Shown in pieces: positions 27,801 to 40,830 of a DNA stretch of 64,000 bases. Numbering within the stretch: position 1 is the first letter of the stretch; each line of letters opens with the position of its first letter. The position numbers and the translations under genes were made by a program. Source of the DNA: Trichoplax adhaerens (Eukaryota; Animalia; Placozoa). The stretch lies in assembly GCF_000150275.1 (NCBI RefSeq), contig NW_002060949.1:4400319-4464318 (forward strand), written 5' to 3'. The notes below the pieces were generated by a model. That model was not told the origin of the DNA, did no database searches, and saw only the letters and a list, made by a program, of their open reading frames with translations.

Positions 27801-30800
27801 TAGCAAGCCTCTACTTGTTATCGCTGACAGGACGAGTTTTTCTAAGCAGGAATAATATAAAATGAAGTAGAGTAAGATGATCATTACGCTATTAATTTTT
27901 TTTCAAAATACAATAAGTTGTTCTATAATTAATTAATAGTTATGTCAATACTGGTAAAGTTCACTTGATCTCAATATTTTACCTCAGACAGAGACAGACG
28001 CTCGAGCAAATAAGAAAATAATCAAATGTGCTAACCCTTTATTATCTATTGATATCAAGGATTAGCATGACAATTTCCATCAAATTAACTACCATTGAAT
28101 TAAACAACGTCACCGCCTATTCAGACTATTGAAAAAGCGATTGTTATATTGACGTTAGCATTGATTCTACCGGACTAGCAAGACAATTCACCAATCAACA
28201 TCTTATGTTATAATTAGCAGCCAAGTTGATTAACAATCATTTAAAAGCTTGAACGATTTAATTAAATTGTATCTGTGTTTATACTACAGACAACGATTGA
28301 CAATATTCTAGGCAACATTAAATCTAATTGCATCCAGTTGGACCTGCAACAGTTTGATGTAATCTGTCCTCATCTTATCTTGTCAACTTGATCCTTCCTT
28401 GAATCCATAGAAGCATATCTGTTTTCTCTTTAATGCTTAAAATATAGGTAATCAGATTTTTTCTTAAGTGGCAATCATTATTTTAAACTATGATTACTGA
28501 TTTGGCGTAACATCGTTTTTTTCGTATTATTGCATTATTTATTATAGATCTAATTGCAACCCATCACGACAATCTAAGCTAATCTTTATCAATACATCAA
28601 GCTTAATTCCTTCAGGTAATTTAAAAGAGAAATTGAAAACTCAATTTTTTCTCTATGTATATTCTTTCTTTACGATTAATGAACTTGAGAATGATATTTT
28701 TACAATTTTTCGTCTTTATCTGTAATCACCTTCCATCTCAATCTTCAACTATACAGTTGTAGAAATCACTGCCTCTCTTGATTTCCTTTATAATCTTGAC
28801 CAGATTTAGTATCAACTACATCGATCGTATTGATACTATTACATCTTTATAACCCCTAAATCTAATCTCTATTGTCTGCCTCCAAGTTTTTCTAACTCTT
28901 TATGATTCTATTGCCAGTTATCTAGCACACTATAAATATCTATATGCTATTCGATTTATAACGCTATTAAGTTAAAATTTTATTTAAAAAAGTGGCTAAA
29001 TTTCTATTGATGTGCGTTGGTGTTATTTACTCCCATTTCTATCAGTACCATGTAGACATTGAAATACCAATTGGAATTGCCTTATAAAATAATTATAATT
29101 GTCCTAACATTAAATTCTTAATTGGTCATTCCATTTCTCGACATCCTTTTATCCTATTCCAAAGTGTTTTTAACATTTGCATATGATCATCCACGATAAA
29201 ATAATGAATAATAGAAAAATAGTAATCAAAATTAGCTTGTAAATCAACTCCTACACGATACACTTTATCTTGCTGATCAGAATATTTTCAGCGCAGACTA
29301 TAAATAGCTAGCTTAGCAAGAAAATAATCTGATCTCAGATATCAACTCGTTTTATTATCGAGAAAAAAAAACAGTTCTTGCAAACTAAAAATGTTGAAAT
29401 ATTATAGAATTATAGATATTATTATTAACTATAATAGATTTAACGAAAACTTAATCTTGAAGTACTTAAATTAATGAAGAACTATCGATACTTATAGATT
29501 ACGTATAATTAAAGTATTGACCACAAAATCAAGTGCAGTACTTTCTTGTGAGGGGTCACACAAGCTTTAAGAATTGCCAAGTATATTATTTATTATAGTT
29601 ATGGTAACAAAGATATATGTTACCATTCTATTAATGATTTCGATCATGCAATGAATCGTATTTTCTGTATATTACCTAAAGTTATATCTAGGAAGAAAGA
29701 AATTTATGACAGTGTTGCTGTTAAATCTACTAGTTATAAAAAATCTAATCGTACACAATTTGAAAGTTAAGCTAAAGCAATATTAGCTTATTAGTAGAAT
29801 CTTTTACCAAGGTATTTAGTCTTAAATTCTTCTTCTTTGTACCAATTAGCTGTACATTATAAAGCTGAAAAAGCTCTACTGCGTTAAATGATATCATTAA
29901 TAAATTTCCTTTTCTAAATACACTCATCATCTAATAACTAAAAATAATAAATTAAATCAACATGGGAATATCTTATCATGTTTGAATTCTTTCTTGATAG
30001 GTAAAATGTTACATTTTTATCCCCTTTTATTACCTCTAAACCTTTATCGAGTTATTCTATATGCAAAATGAATCATAATTTAATTCAGTTCACAACATCT
30101 GCCATCATCGCGATCATATCTATCAATAACTTCTTTTATTTTATTCATTTTATGACTATCTAATGGTCACAGTAGTCTTCTGTGCTTGATTGATTCTTGT
30201 ACCAACTGGTTCGATGTCCAAGCTAGTGAGACATATAATACAGAAAAGTGAAGTTTTTATCTCAGTGTCTTTGATATTAAACACAATTTATACGATCTTA
30301 AATAAAATAATGCGATCAGTTAAGACCATCATTTATAATCGTTACCATGCGAAAAAATAGAGTAAGGTCCATTTATTTTGTTGCCATGATGTTAATTTTT
30401 AATTCAAGGATAAGTCAAAGCCCTATTTGATATTCATTATAACCGTGTTAACTTGTTTTATACTTGCCTAATTCAAATGATATGTTGGTTTACTCATTTC
30501 CCATTACTTATCACTATTAAATAACTTGATTATGCAAAAATGCCTTTTAATATCGTTAATAAATTCTCCACTGGGAATCATTCATTTTATTGCCATGATA
30601 TTAATTCTTCAGCGCATGAATAAATTAAAGCAGTAGCTAATTTTCGTTACTAGTCCATTTAACCTATGTAATATATAAAAATATATGTTTTATCCATATG
30701 ACATGCTTATTTTCCTTCCAACAACGCTATCAATACATACAATTACGTTAAAAATCTTCTTTTATCATCGATTTGTCATTAAATAAATTATACAGCAAGT

Positions 30801-32148
30801 TGGCTCATTTTTGTTACACTGATATTAATTCTAAACGTATAGATAGCTCAATATGTTATTTAATCTCCATTACATTACTTGTTGATTTATTTCACACGTA
30901 TTCAATTTCCATAGCACTATATGTCAATACTTCTATTAGCAATTATTATCCCCTTTTATTTAGACCTACCCACCTACTTCTGCCCAGATTGGGAAAAAAT
31001 TGATTAAGCAGTCAATTTTGTGCTACCATGTTAGGGTCCACTTTCAGTTATATATTTCCTTTAGAGCTAAGTCATATACTTATAGTAATGTCGCCAACAC
31101 ATTCAACATGACTAAATGTGATAAAAAATGATCCTTGGATTGCTTGCTATTATCATAACATGTTAATTTGGAAAATCTATTAATCACTAGCCGCATAATA
31201 ACTTTTACTAAAATTTTACTTTAGGTTATTTTATTATTTCATGCAGTACATGAGTATACAATATTCTCAACCTGTTTAGTAAACACACACGTATGTAGAT
31301 ATTCCTATAGTTTGAGGATTATTTGTTAATTCCATGTTAAAAGTGACACTATCCTCCGCCCTTAAAGAAATTATTTCTGACTCTCTTCCTATCTATCTGT
31401 CTTCATAATATAGATAGAATTCAATCAATTAATTAACGTAGACATAGACCACATAGAATAGGCAGAGAAGCGATAGATGACGTCTTCTATGACATTCAAA
31501 AAAGACATTGAGTTATTATATAAAAGCATGAAGAAAAATCAACTCCGATTTTTTTTGTCTTTAAGTTGCATCCATTCTTTTATACTGTATATTAGAAACT
31601 TTGCTTCATTTTAATCAATGACTCTGATAGTTGTATTCGTATTAAAACAACTTATATTTAATATTCAATAATTAAAACACCTTTGTTGTCTGTTGTTGAA
31701 CAATCTTGATTCCATTGTAATGTTATCGTCATATGACTACAAGAAATGATCTTGATGTCATTGGCATCATTGATGATTTTGCAAGTTATATTCATCAATT
31801 CAATTTGATAAATTAACGCTATTACACAAGTTTTATACATTCCATTATAATGTTAATATTAGTTAGAAGTCTTTATTCACTGCTTATTTTATATTATTAA
31901 ACTACTTGATCGACGTATAGTTCAACAAATTATTCCTTTACCCAATCAACATATCCTACCCATTTATTTGTTGAGTTACGCGTAGGAAGAAGATTTAATC
32001 TGCAATTAAACCCTAATCGCTATGGATGCACTTTAGAAAGAAATTCGTTCGTGGTCTTGTATATAATTTAATAAGAGCTATTACATCTTGGTGATTTCTA
32101 GTTAAAAATTGATTCCTCTAAAAAAATCTCTACTGTTATTTTTTACCC

Positions 32149-32349
32149 GTAAGTTTCTATAGCAGAAATAGATAATCTTTTCTGCTATAGTATAGGTGTC
32201 TTTGATAGTAACGACTAGATGATTACTACAGCAATAGCCTACTAATCGTTAAGTAATGGCTACCTATTCATCCAGATACTTACTGCTTGACCGATATTGA
32301 TAAAGGCAATCTTACAATTTTTCTGTTTTGGGATTATTTCATTATCTAG
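32149..32349 (+). other. Putative 5'UTR intron of the AP-2 gene
   Basis: GTAAGT donor at 32149 and a pyrimidine-rich acceptor ending TCTAG at 32349, 122 nt before the ATG. No transcript data available. Confidence 0.45.
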
Positions 32350-32471
32350 GTAGAAATTAAAGCGATAGATTGAAGCGGAAAGAAAAGCTAATCAAGTAAA
32401 TTACCTAAACTTCAACTAGAATCAAGAGTCGTCAAGATTAACTAATCTTCTTCGGGTTCAAATTAATTTCT

Positions 32472-35400
32472 ATGGAAATTCATGAATATAATCAACCTTC
32501 ATCTATCGATCTTGCTAGTAAAATGAATCATTTCAATCCAGAATTTAACAGTAAAAGCCGAGATCAAACTAACTTGGAAACCACAGCAACAATCCATTTT
32601 CGTCAACCAATTCATTTACGTGGTGGTAATATTCAAGCCCAAAATCAAGATCAATGCCAAACATTTATTTCTCAAGGACCACCGCCGCCACCACCGTATA
32701 CCGGTAGAATGGATCCTAATCAACCTAGCATCATGACAAGTCTACTTCCTCATCCATTAGGCGATGAACAACAATTTGGTACGTCGGTTGCGCGACATTA
32801 TTCTATCCCTTTACAACATCAAGATCCGCGTCATCGCCAAGTTTTGCCTCATGATCGTCAAGAATTAGGTAACCACTTCGGTCAAATGGATGCCACTTTT
32901 CCACCCAATGTCCACCATGGAATGGTGGATTCAAACGCCGGCAATAGTATTTATGCACCTCCACCGCAATTACGACCCGGTGTTGGCACTAATGAAATTT
33001 TAAATGTAACGGCACTTATTTACCCGAACCGCGATGATCAACAGGTATGTGAAAAAAAAAATGGCGTGCTACTGCTATTTTATCGTGTAGATAGTACCGT
33101 ACTGAGTAAACAATTACGATATTAGAATCTGCCCAAGACATAATCATGCCACCTTGTACACTAACATCACAAAATCGACGCGAAAAACCTCGAATAGATT
33201 TGATCAATCATGTGTATTTTTTTCATATTTTGATATATTTAAAAATTCACACCAATAGCTATCATAATAAATTACCTTCGCTTTCCATGGATCGATAGGT
33301 AGTACACGTAATACGCGTCTAAATCATCTCGTCAATTAGACTAGAATATAAATTTTAATGAGCAGGAACCAACTATTCATATGATAGACTAGAAAATTCA
33401 ATTTTCGATCCATTGAGGTGGTGGTTGATTGCGAGCTTTTGGCACCATAGTAAATATTTTATCTCTATAAGATCAGAAGAATCACAGTTTGTGTTGATTA
33501 AACACTGTCAATAGTCGAGATAAAGTTTAAAGTCAATTGCCTCAGGGGAACACTTACTTTACACATATGTTCGAGGATAAATATTTTTTCTTCGTAAGAT
33601 TAAGTAAAACGCGGCTAATTTTCCCTTCAGGTTATGTTTATTTTATTCATACTAAGAAGTTTTGACAAGAATAATTTTAGCGTTTTCTATTTTTCATTTT
33701 TTTTTTATCCATTGGGGGTGGTTTATGTTATCCTGAAGATTTATTTCATTTTTTACAACCTTCGCCATGATGCTTAGAGGAGGATACTACGCCCTCCTAC
33801 TGATTGACGTAGATATTAAAAAATGACTGAAGACTTTTATAGTAATGTGCATATGTTTTATTTAAGCCCTCGTATTATCACAAGATTGCCATTTTTGACG
33901 TAGCTTTTTAGATTTCCAAGGATGGTCAATCCTACGACGACGAGCTCTTTTTATGCTATTTTAAGTTTATATAATATCTCTAGTTGATCTAGTAGAAAAG
34001 GATTGCAGCCGGAAAAGTTCGACGATATACCGTCGCCCATGTTTTAGTATTATACCTTACACAGTAATTGGGTACCGTACGTATACTGACAGCTGAATGT
34101 TATTCCATAATTAAAATAAACTGTTGCGATAGTAGATTTGCATCACTATAGAGGTAAGATATTATGGCTGTGTTAGATATATAATGACGATACTGTTTGT
34201 AGATAAGCTATAACAGCAATAACTCGCCTTTATATGGCATTATCGATGCTAACGAAAACGGTAATAGGTTGGGTAGGACTAAAAACTTTAGCAACAAATG
34301 CGGCAACGTTAAATACACCCCTTACAAAAATGATCTAACTACTGTGGTAAACTTAACCTAGAGTTTAATTTAAGTAGAGTTCCATCATTAATTAGAATAT
34401 GAGATAATAATTTTGAGATAACTCAGAATTATTAGATTATATCTGATTTAAAGACAGCTTCATTCTCAAAACTGATGTTTTCACGTTGTTAGACTAACTC
34501 AAAAAAGTGGGATGGCAGTTCTGTTAGCATTCTACACAATGTAAATATGTTATAATGTTTTGTGTAAATCAGTCATACATTCTTCGCTCTTCTTTTCTCT
34601 AGACTTTTTTTGTCTCAATAATTAATTTATCTTAATGCTTCATTATTGGTTGATTACTTGTCCTACTTGTATACATAACCTAAACTAAGTTAAATATTAT
34701 ATTGATGGCGCTAGTTGTTCACACATGATTTAAGGAGATCTTGATAAACTGTGAGACACAACGGCGAGACATTGTCATGTTTATCTATAACCGTCCGAAT
34801 GATCGATTTACTTACCGCTATATTGTACCTATATCCATCTAACTGGATTCTGTGACAATTGAGAATAATACTATATTACGTACGGTAATATCTATTATTT
34901 TACCCTGAGTGATTCTACGGATGTTGGTTTGCCTTACATAATTTTTGTAATAAAAATCTCAGTTAAATATAACTAAAGTCAGTAATAGTCAATTGCAAAA
35001 TTTTACCCATGCTAATACTACTTTTTGTCTAGCATTTATTATCATATGACCAGCAATTTTAGGGAGGGGTAAAGTTGTCGCCATGTTTCCTTAACCAACC
35101 ATCAAATATGCATGATAAGGATAGCTACCACACAGTATTCCACCGATTAGGATCTATTTATCTATATCAAGAGTACATCTGTGCTTTCGAAGCTATTTAA
35201 TTAACTGATATAGATTGCTAATTAAGGGCATCCATGTCAATCAAGTTTCATAATAATTTCTTTGACACAAAAATCGCAAATGAACCCTCTATACTATGAA
35301 TTTCAATAATGATATAATACAGTGCTGCAATGAAGGATAAAAAATTGCAACTAACCGATACAGTAGCATTTTCCATAAGACATTATCGACGTAAGATATC

Positions 35401-38283
35401 GGTTAGCTTAATTCTTGACCGATAATTCGCTTTAATAAACTATGGAAAACAGTATTAAATGAACATTACGTTCCATAAATAGCATTTATAACATGCAAAA
35501 AACGATCATCATTTCTTCTTTAACTTTTTTCGCTCCATCTAATAAAAATTCTAGCACAGTAGTCTGGGATGTATGTTACTTTATTAGATTGTATTGAAAA
35601 CTTTCTCTATTTTTGGCTCATCCCTAGTTACCTTAATTAATCATCTTCTACGGATTAAGATTACAAATAGTACGTGAGCGTTAGATGCTGTTGCACAAGG
35701 CATAATCCATCGTTTCACCATTTAGAATAATAATGTTGTCCTAAAATGGATAATGAACAGGTTGATGAAGTAATCATAAGATAATGAGATGACATAAAAA
35801 AATGGGTTAACAATTATGCCGCCATGTAGTCTCTAACTAGACAAAGCAAATATTAGACAAAAGTAGATATAAAACATAAATAGACACAAAGCGGCCAATA
35901 TATCGATATTGTTAAAAGTATTGTTGTCAAAACTGGTTAATCCAAGCCTATTGGTTAACGATTGGAAAAGCAATCAATAATTTTCTTTTCTCTTGTGAAT
36001 AATAACTATCGAAATACAATGTTCATTATAGTCCATCTTTCTTTCCACAGCTGCCTTTCTACGCATTCCATAACTATTATTTCTAGATAACATCTCATCT
36101 GATTGGCATAAAATCCCTTATAGTCATTATATAGATACTAAATAAATGAATTTGTTGCAGATAAATAAATTGCTTTAGTACTTATATTCATGTACCTGAT
36201 TATGGAGAATAAAATCAATTAGTTATTCCCGAATTAATGTGAAAAAACTTTAATTTTAAAATATTGAATGATTCCGTAAAGAATTACATAGTGATTAAGA
36301 CTGGATACTATAAATTAGTCTATAATACGGCATAAGATTCTGTAATTTATATCATCAGTATACATTCTAGGACAATTTCATATTAACATTTCTCTTTGAC
36401 CTTCATTTATAGGATCCTATGATACATCGTGTCCGCGACAGACAAAATGCAGGTAATTTAATTAAAGCTTGTACTTGATTATTTGGACTTGCTATTTACG
36501 GAATTGCATCTGCTTCAGAAATGGTTATCTTCATAATTTATCACTATCATGTTCTTAGTATCATATGTTTTTACAGAATCGATCTATTTATGATATATAT
36601 TAAACTGGAAAAACATATTCTAAGTTAGTAATTACAGCTACGGTATAAATTGAATCAAATCAAGTATATTTTTATTTTTAAAATGACACCCAAAAAGCAT
36701 AATTAGAAAATTAGAATAATAGGCATTAGTGCAATTCTGATTTATTTAGTCTAATTTTATAATAGACGTACGGAGCCCTACTTGCTCTATGTATGGATAT
36801 CTTTAATTAAGGATAAAAAATTATCTGTTCAATATTTCATCTTCTGTTATCAAAAATTACTAATATAGGGTAGGATAATCTGTAGATAATAAGCATTTGC
36901 TTAAGCAGAGATACAAAGTACCATTTCTTATTTGTTCATGATATCATGATTTAATCTCGTTATAACAGACACTCTGGACAATCTGCCTAAAATTAAATAT
37001 TTTTTATATTAAATTTGAGCTCATTAATCATTTGTAATATAGGCAACGCAATCACCAACGATGACCGCAATTTAAAAAACAACGATGAATTTGAAATATC
37101 CCCTAATTTAGTCTTTTGCCATGTACCGGGCCGTTTGTCCCTACTTAGCTCTACATCAAAGTATAAAGTAAGCGTTGGAGAAGTTGAACGAAGACTTTCA
37201 TCACCTGAATGCTTAAATGCATCTCTTCTTGGAGGAGTTTTGCGAAGGTATCAGAAATAGCAGATAATTATTTCTTTATCATAATATTACGTTAATATTC
37301 CCATAATTTAATTATCGATTGAAAGAAGTAATGACTTAAATTTTGTAAAATAATGTCAATTGATAGATTAACAATATTTATAAATGTAATGAAAATGCAT
37401 TATGGCATCACATATCATAGGGCAAAATCCAAGAATGGCGGTAAAAGTTTAAGAGAGAAATTGGAAAAGTATGGTTTACGTTTACCTGCTGGTCGTAGGA
37501 AAGCAGCGAGCGTTACTCTTTTAACATCTTTAGTTGAAGGTTAGGAAACATTGTAAACGTCATAAATTTATATCCCACAAATATTGCCTATCAGTTCAAA
37601 TAGATTTATATAGTATTCTGCGTGTTCGTAGAAATTTAAAGATATTGTGGGCATAGTTAAATAATTATAAAGTATTATAGTTGTGTATATACCGTATTTA
37701 CTTGATAAGATTCGATATACGATTAAAATATTAAGAATTAAATATCATTTAGTTTTATTTGATTGTTTACTTAAAATTAACCGCAGGTGAAGCTAGCCAT
37801 TTAGCGCGTGATTTCGATTATGTAAGCAAAACAGAATTTCCAGTTAAGCGGTTAGCTCAATATACGAAAAGACAGCATACTAATGATAAACAAGCTCTAG
37901 CAGCAAAAGTGGAGGCATCATTGTAAGTTGAAAGAGTAATTCTTAAATTAGATGATCTTATTTACTATTTTGATTTTATATCGATAAGATTAGTTGATCA
38001 TAATGCACATGTATACTATAAAAAACTTAGAAAATTGGTCAAGGAATTCCAAGATCTGATTCTTTGCGGTCCACCGGGAATGTCATACGAGTGGGAACCC
38101 GGTGTAGATAAAGATGTATTTAATGGATTACGTCATTTTGCATTAGTCACTCATGGTTTTGGTACACCAACAATTGTAACTGCTATCAATGTTTTCCATC
38201 GATATCTAGAAGAGCTATTACAATCTCAAGATAGTAAAGAAAATGATGGAGGCCAAATGGGTAACGGAAAATGTAGTTCATAG
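32472..38283 (+). CDS. TFAP2: Transcription factor AP-2, 6 coding exons, 441 aa
   Basis: Exons 32472-33044, 36413-36452, 37043-37247, 37421-37539, 37787-37922 and 38031-38283 join in frame (1326 nt). P/Q-rich N-terminus with PPPPPPY; [82 protein letters not shown], and [12 protein letters not shown]. Confidence 0.96.
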
Positions 38284-38920
38284 CAGAAGTGAAAGTCGAT
38301 AATAACTATCGCATATAGTCCAAAATTACATCAAATCACATCTCGATATTGCCTCGGCTTGTGCTAATGCTAGATAGTTATATCCATATCTGCTGATTGT
38401 TGACAGATGGTTTATTACGTTATTCATACAACTGAGAGCATAATTACAAGCTCCATTTTTAAATATATGATGTATACTCTTATAACTGATTAACAATTAA
38501 TTATTATTAATCATCCGTCGATACATACATAAAAGATATGAAAGTAGTAATATCATTGTAGAATTTACTTTTATTTAAATTGTTTCCGATTGCTTGTTAT
38601 TAGTAATAGAATTCTTCTATAGAGTAGTACATTATATTACAAAATTGATCTCAAGACCGTAGTATAGGGTAATATCAAATATAGATAAGGTGTTTTGTGA
38701 TGGTAAAAAATTGAAACAGGATTGCTTAGATTTGATCGGAAATCTTCCTATGCCTTCCTCAACTTACACGTATCATCGTAAGAATGAATAGTATCTCGCT
38801 ACGTAATTCAGTTACAGTTTTGCTTAAATTTTATTATATATTCTGTTAAAGCCCTGTACCATGGTAGATATTATATCTACGAATGAAACGTATATCAATA
38901 TCTTGTAGAGTATTGAGGAT

Positions 38921-38992
38921 ATTATTATTATTATTATTATTACTATTATTATTATTAATATTATTATTACTATTATTATTACTATTATTATT
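38921..38992. repeat. (TAT/TAC)n microsatellite
   Basis: About 24 imperfect trinucleotide units, read directly. Confidence 0.9.
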
Positions 38993-40830
38993 GTATCGTT
39001 ATTATTAAATATTCATAGATAGTGAAAAGCCGTTGTGGAGAAAATGGTTACATTTAGGTTAATCATTCACTATCTATTTTCGAAGATGAGTGTATGGATA
39101 ATATTAATCTTCTATATTCACTCTAATGTGTTTTCTTTCTCTTTTAATAATGATAATTTCATGATGAGAATATACTTTATTAATGTTCTACGTCTAAATT
39201 TTGCTATGATGAAAATCTCGCATAGTAATATGTATTTAAATATTTGTAACATGCAATCATACATCCCTAAACATGTCACATGCAATTATAATTATATATT
39301 TATGAAAGTAGCTAAAGAATGTTATTTGTCCCACTGCTTGCTTTCCTTTTAAGTATTGAAAGAAAAATGACTGCCAATGTATAATAACATTATTCTTCTT
39401 TCGTTGATTACTAAAATTTTTACTACGGTTTCACTTTGATTAAATAGTGGTGAAAACAAAAAGTCAACTTTGACTGTTTCAAATTCTTCTAGTTACGAAT
39501 ACTATATACAGCATTCTTTTCATCTATTGTGGCGAAATCGATAAAAATGATTCCCTTTCTTGTTATAATTATTGCTGATTGCCAATTTTTAAGTGCCAAT
39601 ACTACTATTTAAAGCAACTTTCTGCCCTTTATTCATATGTTATTTATAATAAACAATTGTAATTTATGCAGTAGTTGATGCGTACTATCATCTACTAGAA
39701 ATGTCATCGATGTATGTATGTTAATGATAGATTTATTAATTAATTAATTTACTAATCATAGCTTGTGGCAATTTCTGCTGTACGAATAGTATATCCGCTT
39801 ACTGTTATTTTAATTGGCTAGTTATTTGGTTATATAGCTTTCTGCTTTAACCAATTATCATGATTGCGATTATCTTTGACCTAGTATATAATATATAATA
39901 ATGAATTAAGTAGATTTGATTGCGGCTGTTTTTGTTCTGCTCGTTAAGATTCTATGCTATCTTTAACAGTATAGCATTTGAAATGTGTTTTTACTTTCTG
40001 ATCAATTTCAATTACCTCTATAATTTTAAATTATCTCTAAATCCTTTTATTTGTCTTTTGCCTTGTCTATTCCATGACATCAATAGTAAATAAATAAATT
40101 TACTTCAGGCCGTAAAATGAAGACTTTTATTTTGATGAAAGTCTACAAAAAATTTCTAAGTTCATTCTAAGTGTCTACTAACATCAGTAATATAATAGTT
40201 CTCTGCTGTACATTGTGTAATGAGTAGATCTAAATGTTAATTTTTACAGAGTAACAACATTAGAACATAAATTTATGTAATATTTTACAATAAGTAAAAA
40301 AGTTATAAATCAAGGAATAGATTGTCAAAGAAATACTGAAATGCAAAGATATGTCGTTTCTAAAAATCAAAGTATCATTACTGAGAGTAGAAAAATTAAG
40401 AAATACAGAGTGATTACATATACAGTGTGATAGCTGGTCCGTGTTGCATTCAGTGAATTAGTTTTAAACGAGAAATTTCATAAGTAAATATGTACACGGA
40501 GGTACGGGTTGTCTGAACAGAAACTTCAGACTAGAAAACTAATTGTAATTCAATCATACAATTTTAGAATTCACCGCCGAATACCAGTAAATCTTCCACG
40601 TGGAATAATAAATGTAACAAGGATATCGTACAAAAGTTGTACAAAACTAAGTAATGTTTATAGGTTTTACTGAGACGGGTAATCTCAGGATATTATCCAG
40701 CAGCAACAAATCAGCGTTAGTTGCATTTAAAATAAACGGTAATATAGGATCATTTGATACAGTAACACTTTGTACAGTGTTAAAGTATGAATTTATTTCG
40801 GACGGCTTTAACTCATCTAGCAAACAATAA

